The notes beneath the pieces were generated by a model. That model was not told where the DNA came from. It saw nothing but the letters and a program-made list of their open reading frames with translations, and ran no database searches. From contig OX597819.1 in NCBI GenBank assembly GCA_951406725.2, positions 45,074,001 through 45,138,000 on the forward strand: a DNA stretch of 64,000 nucleotides, written 5' to 3'. A program made the translations under genes and the position numbers. Below, one piece after another: positions 1 to 12,645 of this stretch (position 1 is the first letter of the stretch; each line of letters begins with the position of its first letter). This DNA is from Octopus vulgaris. Taxonomy: Eukaryota.

Positions 1-855
1 TGTATATATATATATATACATATATGTATGTGTGTGTATGTTTGCTTGCTTATATTTATTGTTTATATGCGTATGCAAATTGTGTCAGTGTGTATGTACT
101 TGCCAATATATACGTGTGAACATGTGCAATTTTATGGCAGCCTTTGTCTTTGTGTGTATGATTGTGTATCTGTATATACGTACATGCATGTGCAAGTGTG
201 TATGTGTGTATATGTGTGTGTGAGAGAGAGAGTGTGTGGTTTTGTTCAAATATTGACTTGCTGCGCACATACCCCTCTTCACAAACGCATACTTACATAC
301 ATGTATGTGGAGGTGCTTGTGTGTGCATGTGTGTGTGTGTGTATGTGTCTGTTTGCTTGTGTACGTGTGTGTGTGTGTGTGTGTGCGTGTGTATTTCTTC
401 CTGCGTGGTTACACCTGTATATAGTTGTGTATATTTGTGTCATCTATGTATGTGTGTGTCTCTCATGGTGAACGGCTGAAGACTCCTTAAATGTAGGAAA
501 CATTGTAAAGCGAGAAAAATGAAAATGTAATTAATGGAGCATGCGTAGAAGTGACGAAAAACGGAAGAAGAGGTGCTTGGAAGGAAGGATGTAATGAATG
601 GGTGATGCGGAGGAAGAGCGAATGATAATGAAAAAAAAAAAAATAAAGGAGAAAAACTTGTGTGAATACTTATGAAATAAAAAGCAGATGAGTTGGCGAC
701 ATAACATGAAACAAGGAAAATATCAGAGATATTGTTAAATATAATCATACTCATACTTATAAGTTATACAGTATAAGTTAATATCATACAGTATAAGTTA
801 ATATCAGGGAAAATGCTATTAAATGGAAACCAATATTTAGCAGATAAAATGCTTC

Positions 856-895
<40 letters not shown>

Positions 896-1555
896 GGCAC
901 TAGCCTGATGCAGTACCTTATTCCCTAATGCAGTACCATGATCTGATGCAGTACCATGTCCTGATGCGGTACCATGGCCTGTTGCAGTACCATGCCCTGA
1001 TGCAGTACCATGCCCTGATGCAGCACCAGGCAGTGGCTCTCGTGGCTTCTGATCTTAACTGATTGGAAGTTTTATCATATACATCGTTATGTCTTGGTAT
1101 AAAAGATGTGCTACAGCAAATATTCTGCCCAATACCACAGATTTGCTTGTCAGTTGTTTGACCTTAACCAGTTGACCATGTCCCTTAGTGGCTGACGATA
1201 TGTGCATCTCTGATCACGAGTAGAAGTAGTGGGGCAGCATCATAGCCGTGTGTTGAGAGGAATTCTTGGAGGTTTGGATAACTCACTTTTGGAAACATCG
1301 GTGGTTCGTTCAACATCCTTAAACATGGACTTTTTGAGCGGGATGGGCTACTCGACCCGAAGAAAATTCTAACTGGGTCCCACCTGCAAGGTCATGCTCT
1401 GTCTATCTTGATATGAGATCACCATGTTGCGCACTTACGGTTGTGATGCATGTGCCTGGTGTACCCTAATCAGACGGGTAGTTATGATGGGTATACTGGG
1501 CTTCGTATATTTTACCCCAGTATCACTTTGATAGCATGCACTGCTCTCTCACGCA
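896..1555 (+). mobile_element. ~660-bp non-coding interspersed element embedded between (AAT)n tracts; starts with an 18-bp tandem array
   Basis: Complex sequence bounded by (AAT)n at 858-895 and 1556-1694; no ORF. Orientation is assumed from the long downstream AAT tail. Confidence 0.55.
904..1031. repeat. Minisatellite, ~7 copies of 18-bp unit CCTGATGCAGTACCATGN
   Basis: Units start at 904, 924, 942, 960, 978, 996, 1014; there are no unique spacers. Confidence 0.9.
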
Positions 1556-1567
1556 ATAATAATAATG

Positions 1568-1685
<118 letters not shown>

Positions 1686-1695
1686 TAATGATAAT

Positions 1696-1875
1696 TCTTT
1701 CTACTATAGGAACAAGGCCTGAAATTTGGGTGAGAGGGATAGTCAATCACATTAACCCCAGTACTTATCTGGTAATTAATTTATCGACCGAGAAAGGTTG
1801 AAAGGCAAAGTCAACCTCGGCGGAATTTGAACACAGAATGTACCGGCGTGCTAACGATTCTGCCAGCTCTGCAAC
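1696..1875 (-). mobile_element. Octopus-type tRNA-derived SINE, family B (internally deleted)
   Basis: Reverse complement reads GAGCTGGCAGAATCGTTAGCACGCCGG...GTTCAAATTCCGCCGAGGTTGACTTTGCCTTTCA, matching the copies at 17288 and 17531. Confidence 0.8.
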
Positions 1876-1899
1876 CATGGCGAAGGATGATGGGAATAA

Positions 1900-2690
1900 T
1901 ACAAAAACGGACAAAAAGTGTAAGGGTTTACATATATTGGAATAACAAAATAAATATATAAATAAATAGCAAAAAGAAAAAGGTGTAAGTATACACGGTA
2001 AAAATGCAAAGGAAGCGAAGTATACATAATATATAAAGTTAAAATAAAAGAGCGATGATGATAGATGTAGCCCTTTGAAACAGGATGACCTCTAAGGATA
2101 ATCGATTAACCCAGGCAAGTGCTCACTTGAATCTCCTTTATCAGACTCACCTTTCAATAAACTCAATCGAGGGCAGCATTTCGCTCTCCACCCTCAGTTT
2201 CATTTTCAAGTAGCCAATGAGACTTCTGCCAAAGAAGTATGTATCCTCATGCCTCTCACTCTCGTCCACCGCACAATCTCTTTTACCACAGCCACGAAGC
2301 AAAGGAAAATTGCCTTACCTGTTTGATTAAAGGAGGTTGGCAGGACAATCACCACTATGAACTCGGCCAATAGACTGATCCATCCCACACGTGACAGCAG
2401 CTGTTTGACATAACCTCACAAGCCAGCAATTCCCGGACACTGAACGAATATCTGGAGAACGGTTTCGTCATTCTGCGCGCACCTAGGACAATCCCGTCTG
2501 ACAGTCTATCCGTGGCTGTAGAGTTTATCTCAAAGCCGTAGCGCCTCCTGTAGTACTGCCAGGCTAAGGACATCTCGAAATAATTCATAATACTTCCCTG
2601 CAGGAAAGTCTTCCGGAACAGACTGGCCAATTCGTTTTCGTTGACACCCAGAGTTTCGCCAAGAAGGTGGTCACACTTCCTCGCCACTAA
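1900..2690 (-). mobile_element. L1/Tx1-clade LINE 3' remnant (ORF2 C-terminal Cys-rich domain plus 3' UTR), disrupted
   Basis: Minus-strand translation across frameshifts: SLAWQ..R.AL..DKLYSHG*TVRRDCPRCAQNDETVLQIFVQCPGIAGL*GYVKQLL (CxxC..ET..H.F..CP zf-RVT-like), followed by a T-rich UTR. Confidence 0.7.
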
Positions 2691-2739
2691 TCCTCTATAA
2701 ATTGCTATAGCGGAATATCCACCTTTCCTATTGCCCGAC

Positions 2740-3430
2740 TGGAACAGGGCTGTCAGCTATTTCGTTTGCTATTTCCTTTAATCGTGATGCACCGAAACCG
2801 CGTTTGACATAATGATGTACAAAAGTATTTGCATGTTTCCAGTAATCACCTATGTCAGTACAAAACCGTTTTATGCAAAAAAATTAGGATTTCGGATTTG
2901 ACGATTTATATGACGTGGAGAATCGAAGCGGCGATGCAGATAAATGTGGGATGACGTGGGCTTGCAAAATAACTCTGTCACTCTTCCGCTTCCAGAAAAC
3001 TTAACATTTGTGCCCAAACATTCAATACTATTTTTTGAAAAGCTAGACGTAAATTTTATGTTGTACTTCAAGACATAGTTTTTAGCATAATAGTCACAGA
3101 ATTTCAAGAACTTCATTAAACTATCCTGTGATTCTTCCCAGACGAAAAAGACGTCATCAATGAACCAGAGTGTTGGTTATGTCTATGAAGGGACTCGAAT
3201 ACCTTCAGTAACTGTGTTTCGAATTTCATCATGAAGACATTAGCAAAATTAACTGCCATGAGGACACCCATGGCGCAACCCTTCGTCTGGTGGTAAAATC
3301 TTTGTCTAAACTTTATTGTGTTACTTTCTAACACAAACCTCAATACTCTACAGAGAAAATTTGATGGAAAACTTTTGTTTGACCGCTTTTCGACGGCATC
3401 CATGCATGCTTCTACCCCTTCATTTTGATC
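2740..3430 (-). mobile_element. Penelope-like element (PLE) reverse transcriptase fragment, frameshifted
   Basis: FRQRFYHQTKGCAMG...FANVFMMKFE, then after a frameshift WFIDDVFFVW, then KFT..S...IECL...TELFCKPTSSHIYLH...PRH. These are typical PLE RT core and thumb motifs. Confidence 0.85.
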
Positions 3431-4069
3431 AAATTTTTATTTTCATCTTCGTTTATAGCATAGATAATTTTTTCCTCTGAAATGCCACCTTCGGCTTCCA
3501 GGACGCATTGGTCAGCCCGAGGCTATAGTTGAAAACACGGGGGAACAGGGGTGGGGTGGCGATGAGGTGAGAGGACCAAGACAATTCACACGATCCGATA
3601 TTTTTCCCTAAAGAAAATGGATATTCTTCCCAACCACACAGTTCCACTGCATGGCACCTTGGGCAAACATTGGAGTTTAAAGGTCATGTTGTTGTAGACT
3701 TATTGAACATTTTTTCTTTTGCTCGAGTTTAAAGGCCAAGGTCTGAATTTTCCGAGTCCTCTCACCAACTCACGTTCGCGAGCACGCGTTTTTTTCATAT
3801 TCATTTACAGCAAGTTGTTTTACGCCCATTACCCTTTTTATTTTTTCTTGGGTCAAGCCCTTTAGCTTGACCCTTATTTTTAAGTCGGGTAATTATTTTA
3901 TCGGTGTCTTTTCCCGAGACGCTAAACACGGGTAAGTAAACAAATCATCAACAGTTGTTCAGCGGCGATGGGGCACGGAACACAGACACAAAGATATACA
4001 CGCAGACACACAGACAAACAGATACGCACACACACACACGCACGCACACGCACACACATAAATATATAT

Positions 4070-4797
4070 AAATATAAATAATATATAAATATATGCATAT
4101 ATGCATACATATATGTTCATACTTACATATATATGTATATATACATGCATATATGGGTACAGGTCATCAAAAAAACGTGACACAATGAGAAACGAAAACA
4201 TAAAAACAAAAACATAGAAAACGAACTTTTTTCGAATATCGAAAAAACAGAAAAAAAAAAACAGGCAACATAAAGAACATTCCCCATTCATCAGTTGTCC
4301 CTGTTTTATCTATTCCGCGGTCGAAGGCAAGGACAAGACGCGATTTCGTTAAAGCAGTTCTTTCCGCAAAGCAAGTTAAATAAAATTTGGGATTTTTTGC
4401 GGAAGATGAAAGTGGTAACAAAAACAGGACAGTGAGAGCTTGACAGTAAAAACAAACGGTGTGGGCTGTTATGCCAAAAGGATGTGAAGATTATGGACGT
4501 TAGAACGACGAGCTGTGAGAACAGACAAGTAAAAGCACGTCTTGTCTTTATGAAGGAAGTGGAAGAAAGAAATATAGATGGCCTTTCGTCACGTGTCAGC
4601 AACGAGAGAGTCAAGGAGGAAGAGTGACAGACAGAGGGAACGGTGAAGGGGAGAGGAGGAGAATAGGGTAAAAGTGATGACCAAAAACAGGACAGAGCAA
4701 GACAGTAAAAACAAACGATGAGGGCTATTAAGCTAAAACGATGTGAAGATTATGAACGCTAGAATGACGAGCTTTGAGCAGAGACAGGTAAAAGCAT
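4070..4797. mobile_element. Non-coding interspersed repeat (same family as arms of the 15.8-16.2 kb foldback) with internal diverged ~115-bp direct repeat
   Basis: 4143-4300 aligns by eye to 15840-16010; 4419-4537 is repeated imperfectly at 4682-4797; (TA)n-rich flanks. Confidence 0.6.
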
Positions 4798-4826
4798 ATA
4801 TATATGTGTGTATGTATGTATGTATA

Positions 4827-4857
<31 letters not shown>

Positions 4858-4913
4858 GTGTGTGTGTGTGTATGTATGTGTGTATGTATGTATCTCTCTC
4901 TCTCTCTCTCTCT

Positions 4914-4970
<57 letters not shown>

Positions 4971-4989
4971 CATATATATACATACACAC

Positions 4990-5022
<33 letters not shown>

Positions 5023-5301
5023 AAGAGGGAACATACATGGTTTAAGTTTCACTGCTGTTGTTACAGACGTGTTTTTTAGTAATAATAGCATTACATCATT
5101 AAAAAAAATGGTTTTCTTCAAGTGAATAGACGTTTAAAATTTAGTTCGGAGAAAGAAATCCTAAGATATGTCAATATATATGGAGGTGTATTTGTATACG
5201 GTATATACACGGATTTGCGGATATCGAATCTCGCTTGGTGTCCGTAATATTGATACATACATACATACATACATACATACATACATACATACATACATAC
5301 A

Positions 5302-5346
<45 letters not shown>

Positions 5347-5348
<2 letters not shown>

Positions 5349-5610
5349 TCTTTTATTCTTCTACTTGTTTCAATGATCTGACTGCGGCAATACTGGAGCA
5401 CTGCCTTAAGCTGAACGGATCGACCTCAGGACCCATTCTTTTAAACCTAGTACTTATTCTATCGCATTTTTTTACCGAACCGCTATGCTACGAGGATGTA
5501 AACACACTAACATCGGTTGTCAAGCAATGGTAAGGTTAAACACAGACACACAAGCTTATATATATATATGTGTGTGTGTGTATATGTATATGTATATGTA
5601 TGTATGTATG

Positions 5611-5644
<34 letters not shown>

Positions 5645-5812
5645 TGTATGTATATATTTGTATATGACAGACTTCTTTCAGTTTCCCTCTACCAAATTTA
5701 CTTACAATGCACTGGTTGGCCCGAGGCTTATGTAGAAACGCCCACTCAAGATGCTACGCAGTGGGACTGAACCCAGAACCATCTGGTTGGGAAGCAAGCT
5801 GCTTACTACACA
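5347..5812 (-). mobile_element. Octopus-type tRNA-derived SINE, family A
   Basis: Reverse complement has GGTTCTGGGTTCAGTCCCACTGCG head, GGAAACTGAAAGAAG, an internal microsatellite and a GCTCCAG..GCCGCAGTCA..GAAACAAGTA tail. Confidence 0.8.
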
Positions 5813-6586
5813 CACACACACCCACATACACACACATATATATATATGTATATGTGTGGGCGTGTCTTTGTCTCTGTATGTGATGTTTCCTACCAGAAGA
5901 ACCTAATGCATCAAATGTGGAACAGGCTGCTATTTCTAGCAGCCGAACTGCTGTTTAATCCCGAACCTACGTGTAGCATAGATGCAGATATGACCAATCG
6001 CGTGTCAGTTTTCTCTCAAAGTTTTTAGCTTGCGGATGTCTTTTTTCTCCTCAGATGACAAACATTTCTTTTTTCCTTCTTTGAAGTGATGAATCCTTCT
6101 TTGATCCGCCATGGATGGATTGAATCGACATTTTCCTTACAATTTCTATATTGATCAAATATTTCAAAGCCGTAAACTGAGTTTTCTCTTTTCCTATTCT
6201 TTTTGTTGTTTTGCTATATTTACCACATTCTTTTTTATGATATTTCGATCTAAATATCTTTTTGAAATATAGCGGACAATAGGATAACTAAATATAGAAA
6301 TTAAATACACAGTAATAATACATAAACCAAACAATCAGAGGGGAGAAAATATATAAATTTCTGATTCTGAAGGTGAATGTGTTTGATGAAATTCATCCAT
6401 ACCTCGTTTAAGGATTACGCAAATGTATCTAATAAAGTCTTTAAAAATCTAGCGTTTTCAAGTAGGTTTAGTGACACGTTTATGGAATATATTCGAATGA
6501 AACTTAAAAGGCAGCCGCCAAGTTGAAACCACCAAAATATACTTGGTGATATATATACACACACACACATATATACACATACATAA

Positions 6587-6638
<52 letters not shown>

Positions 6639-6747
6639 ATATATATATAATATAATATATATATATATATATATATAATATATAATATATATATATATAT
6701 ATATAATATAATATATATAATATATATATATATAATATATACATATA

Positions 6748-6811
<64 letters not shown>

Positions 6812-7129
6812 ACCTCAAGAATGACTCCGGTAATTTCTTGTTGCTTATTTTGATTATAATCACCCCACGGATTTTTATGGATAACACCATACAAAATTCT
6901 GGTGTATCTAAATTAAGTATCATATTCATTTGAATCTAAATTTTTGCTGAACTTATATATATATATATATATATGAGAATGGGGTATATTAATGAGATGA
7001 CGACATAGAGGGTGAAAGTAAAAGAGTAAGACGATGGAAAGAAAGAAGAAAAAGAAACATAAAAGTTTATAGTTCACACTCCTAAGGTTATAGAAAGAAG
7101 AGCATAAATCCTTAGGCATAAACAAGAAG

Positions 7130-7262
7130 CAGAAACAAGAACAGGTATAAACAAGAATCAGGTGTATTAGTTTGACGCTTGGGAAGGTGAGAAAGTCTTT
7201 TACGTTTCGAGTCTAAGCTCTTCAATTGAAAGGAACGCGAGGAAATAAACAGGGAGAAAATG
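7130..7262 (-). mobile_element. Short pLTR-like repeat with degenerate minimal hammerhead motif (family also at 10040-10230 and 43520-43665)
   Basis: Minus strand reads TTGAAGAG-CTTAGA-CTC-GAAAC-GTA; all three copies share the downstream CGTCAAACTAATACACC-like segment. Confidence 0.55.
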
Positions 7263-7839
7263 AAATATATATATGTGTGCGTCTGTGTGTGTTCTTATTA
7301 AACAAGAATATTGTTGATAGTAACTTCGAAGTTTCGGCCAGTTAATCGTCGGGTTGTCAATAATGATGCGCTCTAAAAGGAAACGCTAATTTTCAGTGGA
7401 AATCTACTAGTATATTGTTGTTTGTATTGGCTCTATTGTGCCCTCTCTCACCTATGCAATCACTTATCATTAGTTATGAATTAAAAACCTGGTGCTGCTA
7501 CAAACCTTCTGTAAGTCCACAATGTAATCTCAACTAGAGCTGAAAAGAATAACATGCAATATAACGTTGGAAAAATTTAAGCACTTTCTTATCGAACCGT
7601 AAAAATACTCCCAATGAGGACGCTCATATTGCAATTTCATATTTATACTTAGTGCGTGTATTGTGGATAAGCATAAGAAATTATGAATTTTTTTATGTAG
7701 ACATAAGTAAAGTGGTAATGGTGTGCAACGTGCAAACAGGATAGGTCTTGATATTACGACAAAACAGAAAATATATGTATAAATATCATTTCCTCTCTCT
7801 GAACTATTGATAATAATTATGGTAATCTAAGCTGAAGAG

Positions 7840-8045
7840 CAGGCACAATCGACAGCATGGCGGGCAAAATGCTTGCGGCATTTCGTCCGTCTCTTTGTTC
7901 TGTGCAAATTCTTCCAAGGTCGACTTTGTCTTTCATCCATTCGGGAGTCGATAAAATAATAACAAATTAAAACCTGGAGTCGATGTTATCGATTTACCCA
8001 TACACGAAATTACCTGCCTTGTTGCAAAATACAAAAACCAATAAT
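7840..8045 (+). mobile_element. SINE family B, diverged
   Basis: GGGCAAAATGCTTGCGGCATTTCGTCCGTC...GGTCGACTTTGTCTTTCATCC. Confidence 0.7.
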
Positions 8046-8639
8046 TATGGTCGTCAAATAATGTTAAACTAACAGCAGATCCAGAAGCAATCCTGTTACG
8101 TTGAGATTATCTCAATTCTACAGGTGAGCAACCGAAAGAGATTGAAAGGGCTAAAACTTTACTCCCTACAAAGGAAATGTAATAATTTTAACGCAAGCGT
8201 TCACACGAACATATACATACACACATAATAAACATGACTATATATACTGAGTATTCCAGATGTATCATAATGTAATCCTTGCATTGTCCTTTGCACACCT
8301 TAATGATTTGTCATACAAGATAATTGTAAACTGAGTATAGACCATGTAAGATCGTATTTTGTCTTTGCTTCCTTAAGCCTCGAAGATTATTCAGCACTCA
8401 AAATAACCTCGACATCAACAATAACTCATATGACCAACTTAAGCGTAACGTTTATAACTCGAATAATACTACCAACCAACAGAGTAACAATTACAATATC
8501 CATGATAATCACCCAAAACCTAACACCAGCAACAATTCAAATAATAAGCTGAGAACATCTAGTGATAATAAAACGATAATATTGACAACAAACATACCGA
8601 ACAGAACCAATCTCTCCAGTGCCCGATGTACACAAGCCA

Positions 8640-8830
8640 AAAAAATCAAACAGTTGTGCTCGTGCAGAGATAGATCCAATTGTCCTTTGGATAACCAATG
8701 TATGACTAAGAACGTGGTATACAAGTGCACTATAATCACTAGAGGAGGCACCTACGTATATATCGGGAATATAAAACACTATATCCCGGAAATACCAGTT
8801 ATGCACCAAGGGGCGCATTAAAAATAAATT
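8640..8830 (+). mobile_element. PLE GIY-YIG endonuclease N-terminal fragment with Cys-rich linker
   Basis: Translation CSCRDRSNCPLDNQCMTKNVVYKCTIITRGGTYVYIG (CxC-x5-CP-x4-C, then VVY...YIG). Confidence 0.8.
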
Positions 8831-9331
8831 CATTGAACAATTACCCATTTGCCTATACGCAGCTAAACACACATTCACATATTACAAAACCGATCATACA
8901 TAACTTAATGTTTACATGGCGCCCATAACTCTTAATACACATGAACTTGAGGAACTATATTTGAATAACTTGTATTTGACATATGATCTTGCAATCTAGA
9001 TCAATATATGTATAAGTGTATATGTATATGTATACACATATATATGTATACATATATATATATGTGTGTGTGTGTGTATGTGTGTATATACATATATGTG
9101 TACTTGTATGTCTGTATGTGTGTACATAGATGTGTGTGCGTGTGTATATATGTAAATATATATAGATTTATATATGTCTACATATTCATCTGTGCACATT
9201 TGCATTTTTGTATGTGTATGTACATAATAGTGCGAATATGTGTATACGTGTATGCGGGCGCGTGTTTATGTGTGTATATGCATGCATACATGTATATATG
9301 TGTGTATATTTATATGTATATATATATATAT

Positions 9332-9372
<41 letters not shown>

Positions 9373-9542
9373 ATATATATGAATACGCATATATATTTAC
9401 TTATATGTATACGCAAGTGTACTGACACGTGAGTGTCAAACTTCCTGTATCTTACTTTATGTACGAATGTATGCGCATATTTATCTATGCTATGTACGTA
9501 TATTTATGTAAATATACACATGTGTACCTGCGTATATGTGTT

Positions 9543-9589
<47 letters not shown>

Positions 9590-9932
9590 ATTCTTCCATA
9601 CGTGTACATAAACGCGTGCATCTGATTGTGTGTATATGCCCATATACTTGGATGTGCGTGTGTGAGCGCTATGCATATGTGCGTCTTACACGAACACAAA
9701 AAATATTTGTCTAAATATTTTCTTCCTTTCAACGTCTACTTTTTCTTTCTCTTAACACACCAGCGAAAGCTCATTACGTCATTTTCTCTAAACTAGAATC
9801 TATACTTTCCACGTTCATATTTGAAGTTTTTCCTTTCACTAAATTTTCTGTTTCTACTCATACTCGAAATTGACGGACATATAGCTGTACGTAAGCCGAC
9901 TGAAGAAATCTCTAGTGAGACGTTTTATTGAT

Positions 9933-9982
9933 GTACCTGAAGAGACCCCGAATGGGTCGAGACATGTGATGTACCTAATAAA
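9933..9982 (+). ncRNA. Degenerate minimal hammerhead ribozyme followed by AATAAA
   Basis: gtac-CTGAAGA-gaccc-cgaat-gggtc-GAGAC-atgt-gat-gtac. GAAA is mutated to GAGA and the cleavage triplet is altered. Confidence 0.55.
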
Positions 9983-10296
9983 GTCTATTATATATTCCAT
10001 CTTCTAGTTTATTAATACTATACACACTCGCAAGTATGTAGTTGAAATTTGCAGAAAAGCAAAAGACGAAAACAGCTTTATAAACAAGCAGGTGTATTAG
10101 TTTCACGCTCGGGACGGTGAGAATGTCTTTTACTTTTCGAACCTACGCTCTTCAAGAGAGAAGAACAGAAGTATATAAACAAAGAGCGAATAAAAAAAAA
10201 ACTTGTGGATGTAGCAATCAATCATAGCAACTGGTAGAAATATATATATATATATATTGTGAAGGAAATCTAATTCTCGCCGACAACTATGATTGT

Positions 10297-10341
10297 CACA
10301 CGCTGACGAGAGGTCAATACCTCGAAACTCGAGTCCGTGTG
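10297..10341 (+). ncRNA. Minimal type I hammerhead ribozyme, copy 1 (predicted cleavage after C10335)
   Basis: cacacg-CTGACGA-gagg-tcaata-cctc-GAAAC-tcga-GTC-cgtgtg: perfect stems I and II, full core, palindromic loop III. Confidence 0.92.
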
Positions 10342-10648
10342 TATCATAAGTTGAAGACGGGAAGGATGACTTCCCTTTGCAAATACTGACAGGACACAGA
10401 AAGTGTGTCTATGGCCAGCTGGAGGAGTGTGTCCTCCTGGGGCTAAAAACTACAGTAGCATCCACCCTTAGGGGTAGCCATATTGAGATGGCAAATATAC
10501 GTCACGATGTGTTACCGCTACTGTATATAACTCACTTTGATATTTATCATTGTTTGATTTCACTTTTTCAATATCAGCGACAGTGGACGCTGGAAAAAGT
10601 ATAATTATTTGTGAAGGAAATCTAATTCTCGCCGACAACTATGATTGT

Positions 10649-10693
10649 CACACGCTGACGAGAGGTCAATACCTCGAAACTCGAGTCCGTGTG
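10649..10693 (+). ncRNA. Minimal type I hammerhead ribozyme, copy 2 (predicted cleavage after C10687)
   Basis: Identical to 10297-10341. Confidence 0.92.
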
Positions 10694-10879
10694 TATCATA
10701 AGTTGAAGACGGGAAGGATGACTTCCCTTTGCAAATACTGACAGGACACAGAAAGTGTGTCTATGGCCAGCTGGAGGAGTGTGTCCTCCTGGGGCTAAAA
10801 ACTACAGTAGCATCCACCCTTAGGGGTAGCCATATTGAGATGGCAAATATACGTCACTATATATATATATATATACCGA

Positions 10880-11180
10880 AATTGTGAAGTATATTTGCCA
10901 CCTAAATGTGGTTGGCCCATATGGGACGATGCTACTGTAATTTATAGCTCTAGGAAGACGTCTCCTCCGGCTGGCTAACAACACACTGTCCGATTAGTAT
11001 TTGCGATAGGAATTCATCATACCCACCTCTAGACTGACGTGATACACAGGGATCCGGGTTTCTGCGTAGTAACCCGTCATCAGCATGTGATAATCACCAG
11101 CTAGTGATGAGAAGTGATTTCGAACGCAAAGTACTATATGCTTTTTTCCAGTGAAAAAAGTCACTGATCTCGAAAAAGGA
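10880..11180 (-). mobile_element. Diverged inverted copy of the ~350-bp HHR unit; degenerate HHR at 11045-11089
   Basis: Minus strand reads cacatg-CTGATGA-cgggttactacgca-GAAAC-ccgg-ATC-cctgtg and shares TACAGTAGCATC and GGCAAATATACTTCAC with the 10.3-kb unit. Confidence 0.8.
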
Positions 11181-12357
11181 GAAACAAGCAATAATAAATC
11201 TCTGAGCCAGATGTAAAGAGTAGCTATAAACTACAATAGCATATATAACAGAAATATACAGTAGTATATATAACGGAAAATATACATCTAAAACGCAGCT
11301 GTTTTCCGACTTGTGGTACGCGTCTCTAAAGAATAATATGACAAGACAATAATATTATCAGTTCCAAGATTTAACGGCATCGGATTGCCTCCAACAGAGT
11401 GAAATAACCGTAATAAATGTGTATATGTTGGGTTGGCTACACACACACACACACAGAAACAAGCATATACATACATACCCCCCACACACACACACATATG
11501 TACGTATGCTGCTCCAGATTATTCTTGATCGAGACATCCTATAACAGAAAAGCATTTTGATCGTGGCCATCGCGTCTTTTTATTAGCATTAAGGAACGCT
11601 GAACAGATGTCATGTCCCTTCAAGACAATTGGTCATGACATTAGTAAATTTTACTATTATTTATTGGCAAGCAAAGATCTACGTTAGTGGCACTGCCTCG
11701 TCGATTCTATGTCTATGTTTGTATGTTCCGACGTCGTTAAACAAATATTAAATCATTAAGTCCGCATTACTCACTATTACCATTTGACTACTAACCTCGA
11801 TAAAATATTCAAATTGCTGCACTAAAACATTCTTTTGTAATTTTTCATAGGACGGCAGAAAAAAAAAATTATGAAATGCCATGACATTGTAACTGCATTT
11901 CACAGAAGCCTTGATTTCCTAAGCTTATATATACTATTGGCTTCGGTTCAGTCCCACTGCAATGCGCCTTGACAAGTGTTTTGTTCCATGGTCCCGAGTG
12001 AATTTGTTAAAGAAAGTCTCTCGTTCTTCTTCTTTCTCGAACTTACTCTCTCTGTATATCTATATATGCAAAAGTGAGAATGTGTGCCTCTCTTTCTGTC
12101 TGTATGTGTGCATCATAGGTTTTACTCATGCCTTACTTAGGGTCCATGCAGTGTTATGGACAATGCAAGTAATCTCTTATCTCTTCCCCTATTGCAGTAT
12201 TACGTGTAGAAAATGAAAGAATAACATATCTATTGTAACGTGAGACAATAATTTCAGTTTTAATACTTTCAGAATGTTTGTAATATATACATACTGAAAC
12301 TATTATCTCACTTACATATATATATTTGCACGTGTATATATGTGTATATAGATCTGA

Positions 12358-12402
<45 letters not shown>

Positions 12403-12439
12403 CATATATATATTTATATATATAATATATATATATATA

Positions 12440-12645
12440 TTTCTTTTTTATTGACCACATGGGGCCAAACATAGAGGGGACAAACAAGGAATAAGTCGAT
12501 TACATCGACCCCTGTGTGTAAATGGTATTATTTATTCGACCTCGAAAGGATGAAAAGCAAAGTCGACCACGGGCACTCACTACGTAACGGCAGACAAAAT
12601 ACTGCTAAGCATTTAGCCTGGCGTGTCATCGATTCTGCCAGCTCA
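12440..12645 (-). mobile_element. SINE family B variant
   Basis: Reverse complement reads GAGCTGGCAGAATCGATGACACGCCAGGCTAAATGCTTAGCAGTATTTTGTCTGCCGTTACG...GGTCGACTTTGCTTTTCATCC. Confidence 0.75.

Larger units (their letters stand above)
10257..10857 (+). mobile_element. Retrozyme-like / PLE pLTR tandem: 1.7 copies of a 352-bp unit, each with an intact hammerhead
   Basis: 10257-10505 appears identical to 10609-10857 (offset 352); (TA)n lies on both sides. Confidence 0.85.

Noticed and set aside
470-512. CTGAAGA...GAAAC-att-GTA
   Set aside because: No stem I pairing and a non-palindromic loop.
904-1031. CRISPR-like array
   Set aside because: The units are contiguous with no unique spacers, there are no cas genes, and the context is eukaryotic.
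5035-5125. Minus-strand TTGAAGA...GAAAC-ttaa-ACC
   Set aside because: It has a palindromic loop, but the core, cleavage triplet and stems are all defective.
12059-12240. Helitron 5'-like start TCTATATATGCAAAAGTGAGAATGTG
   Set aside because: No matching 3' hairpin/CTAG nearby; too short to support.
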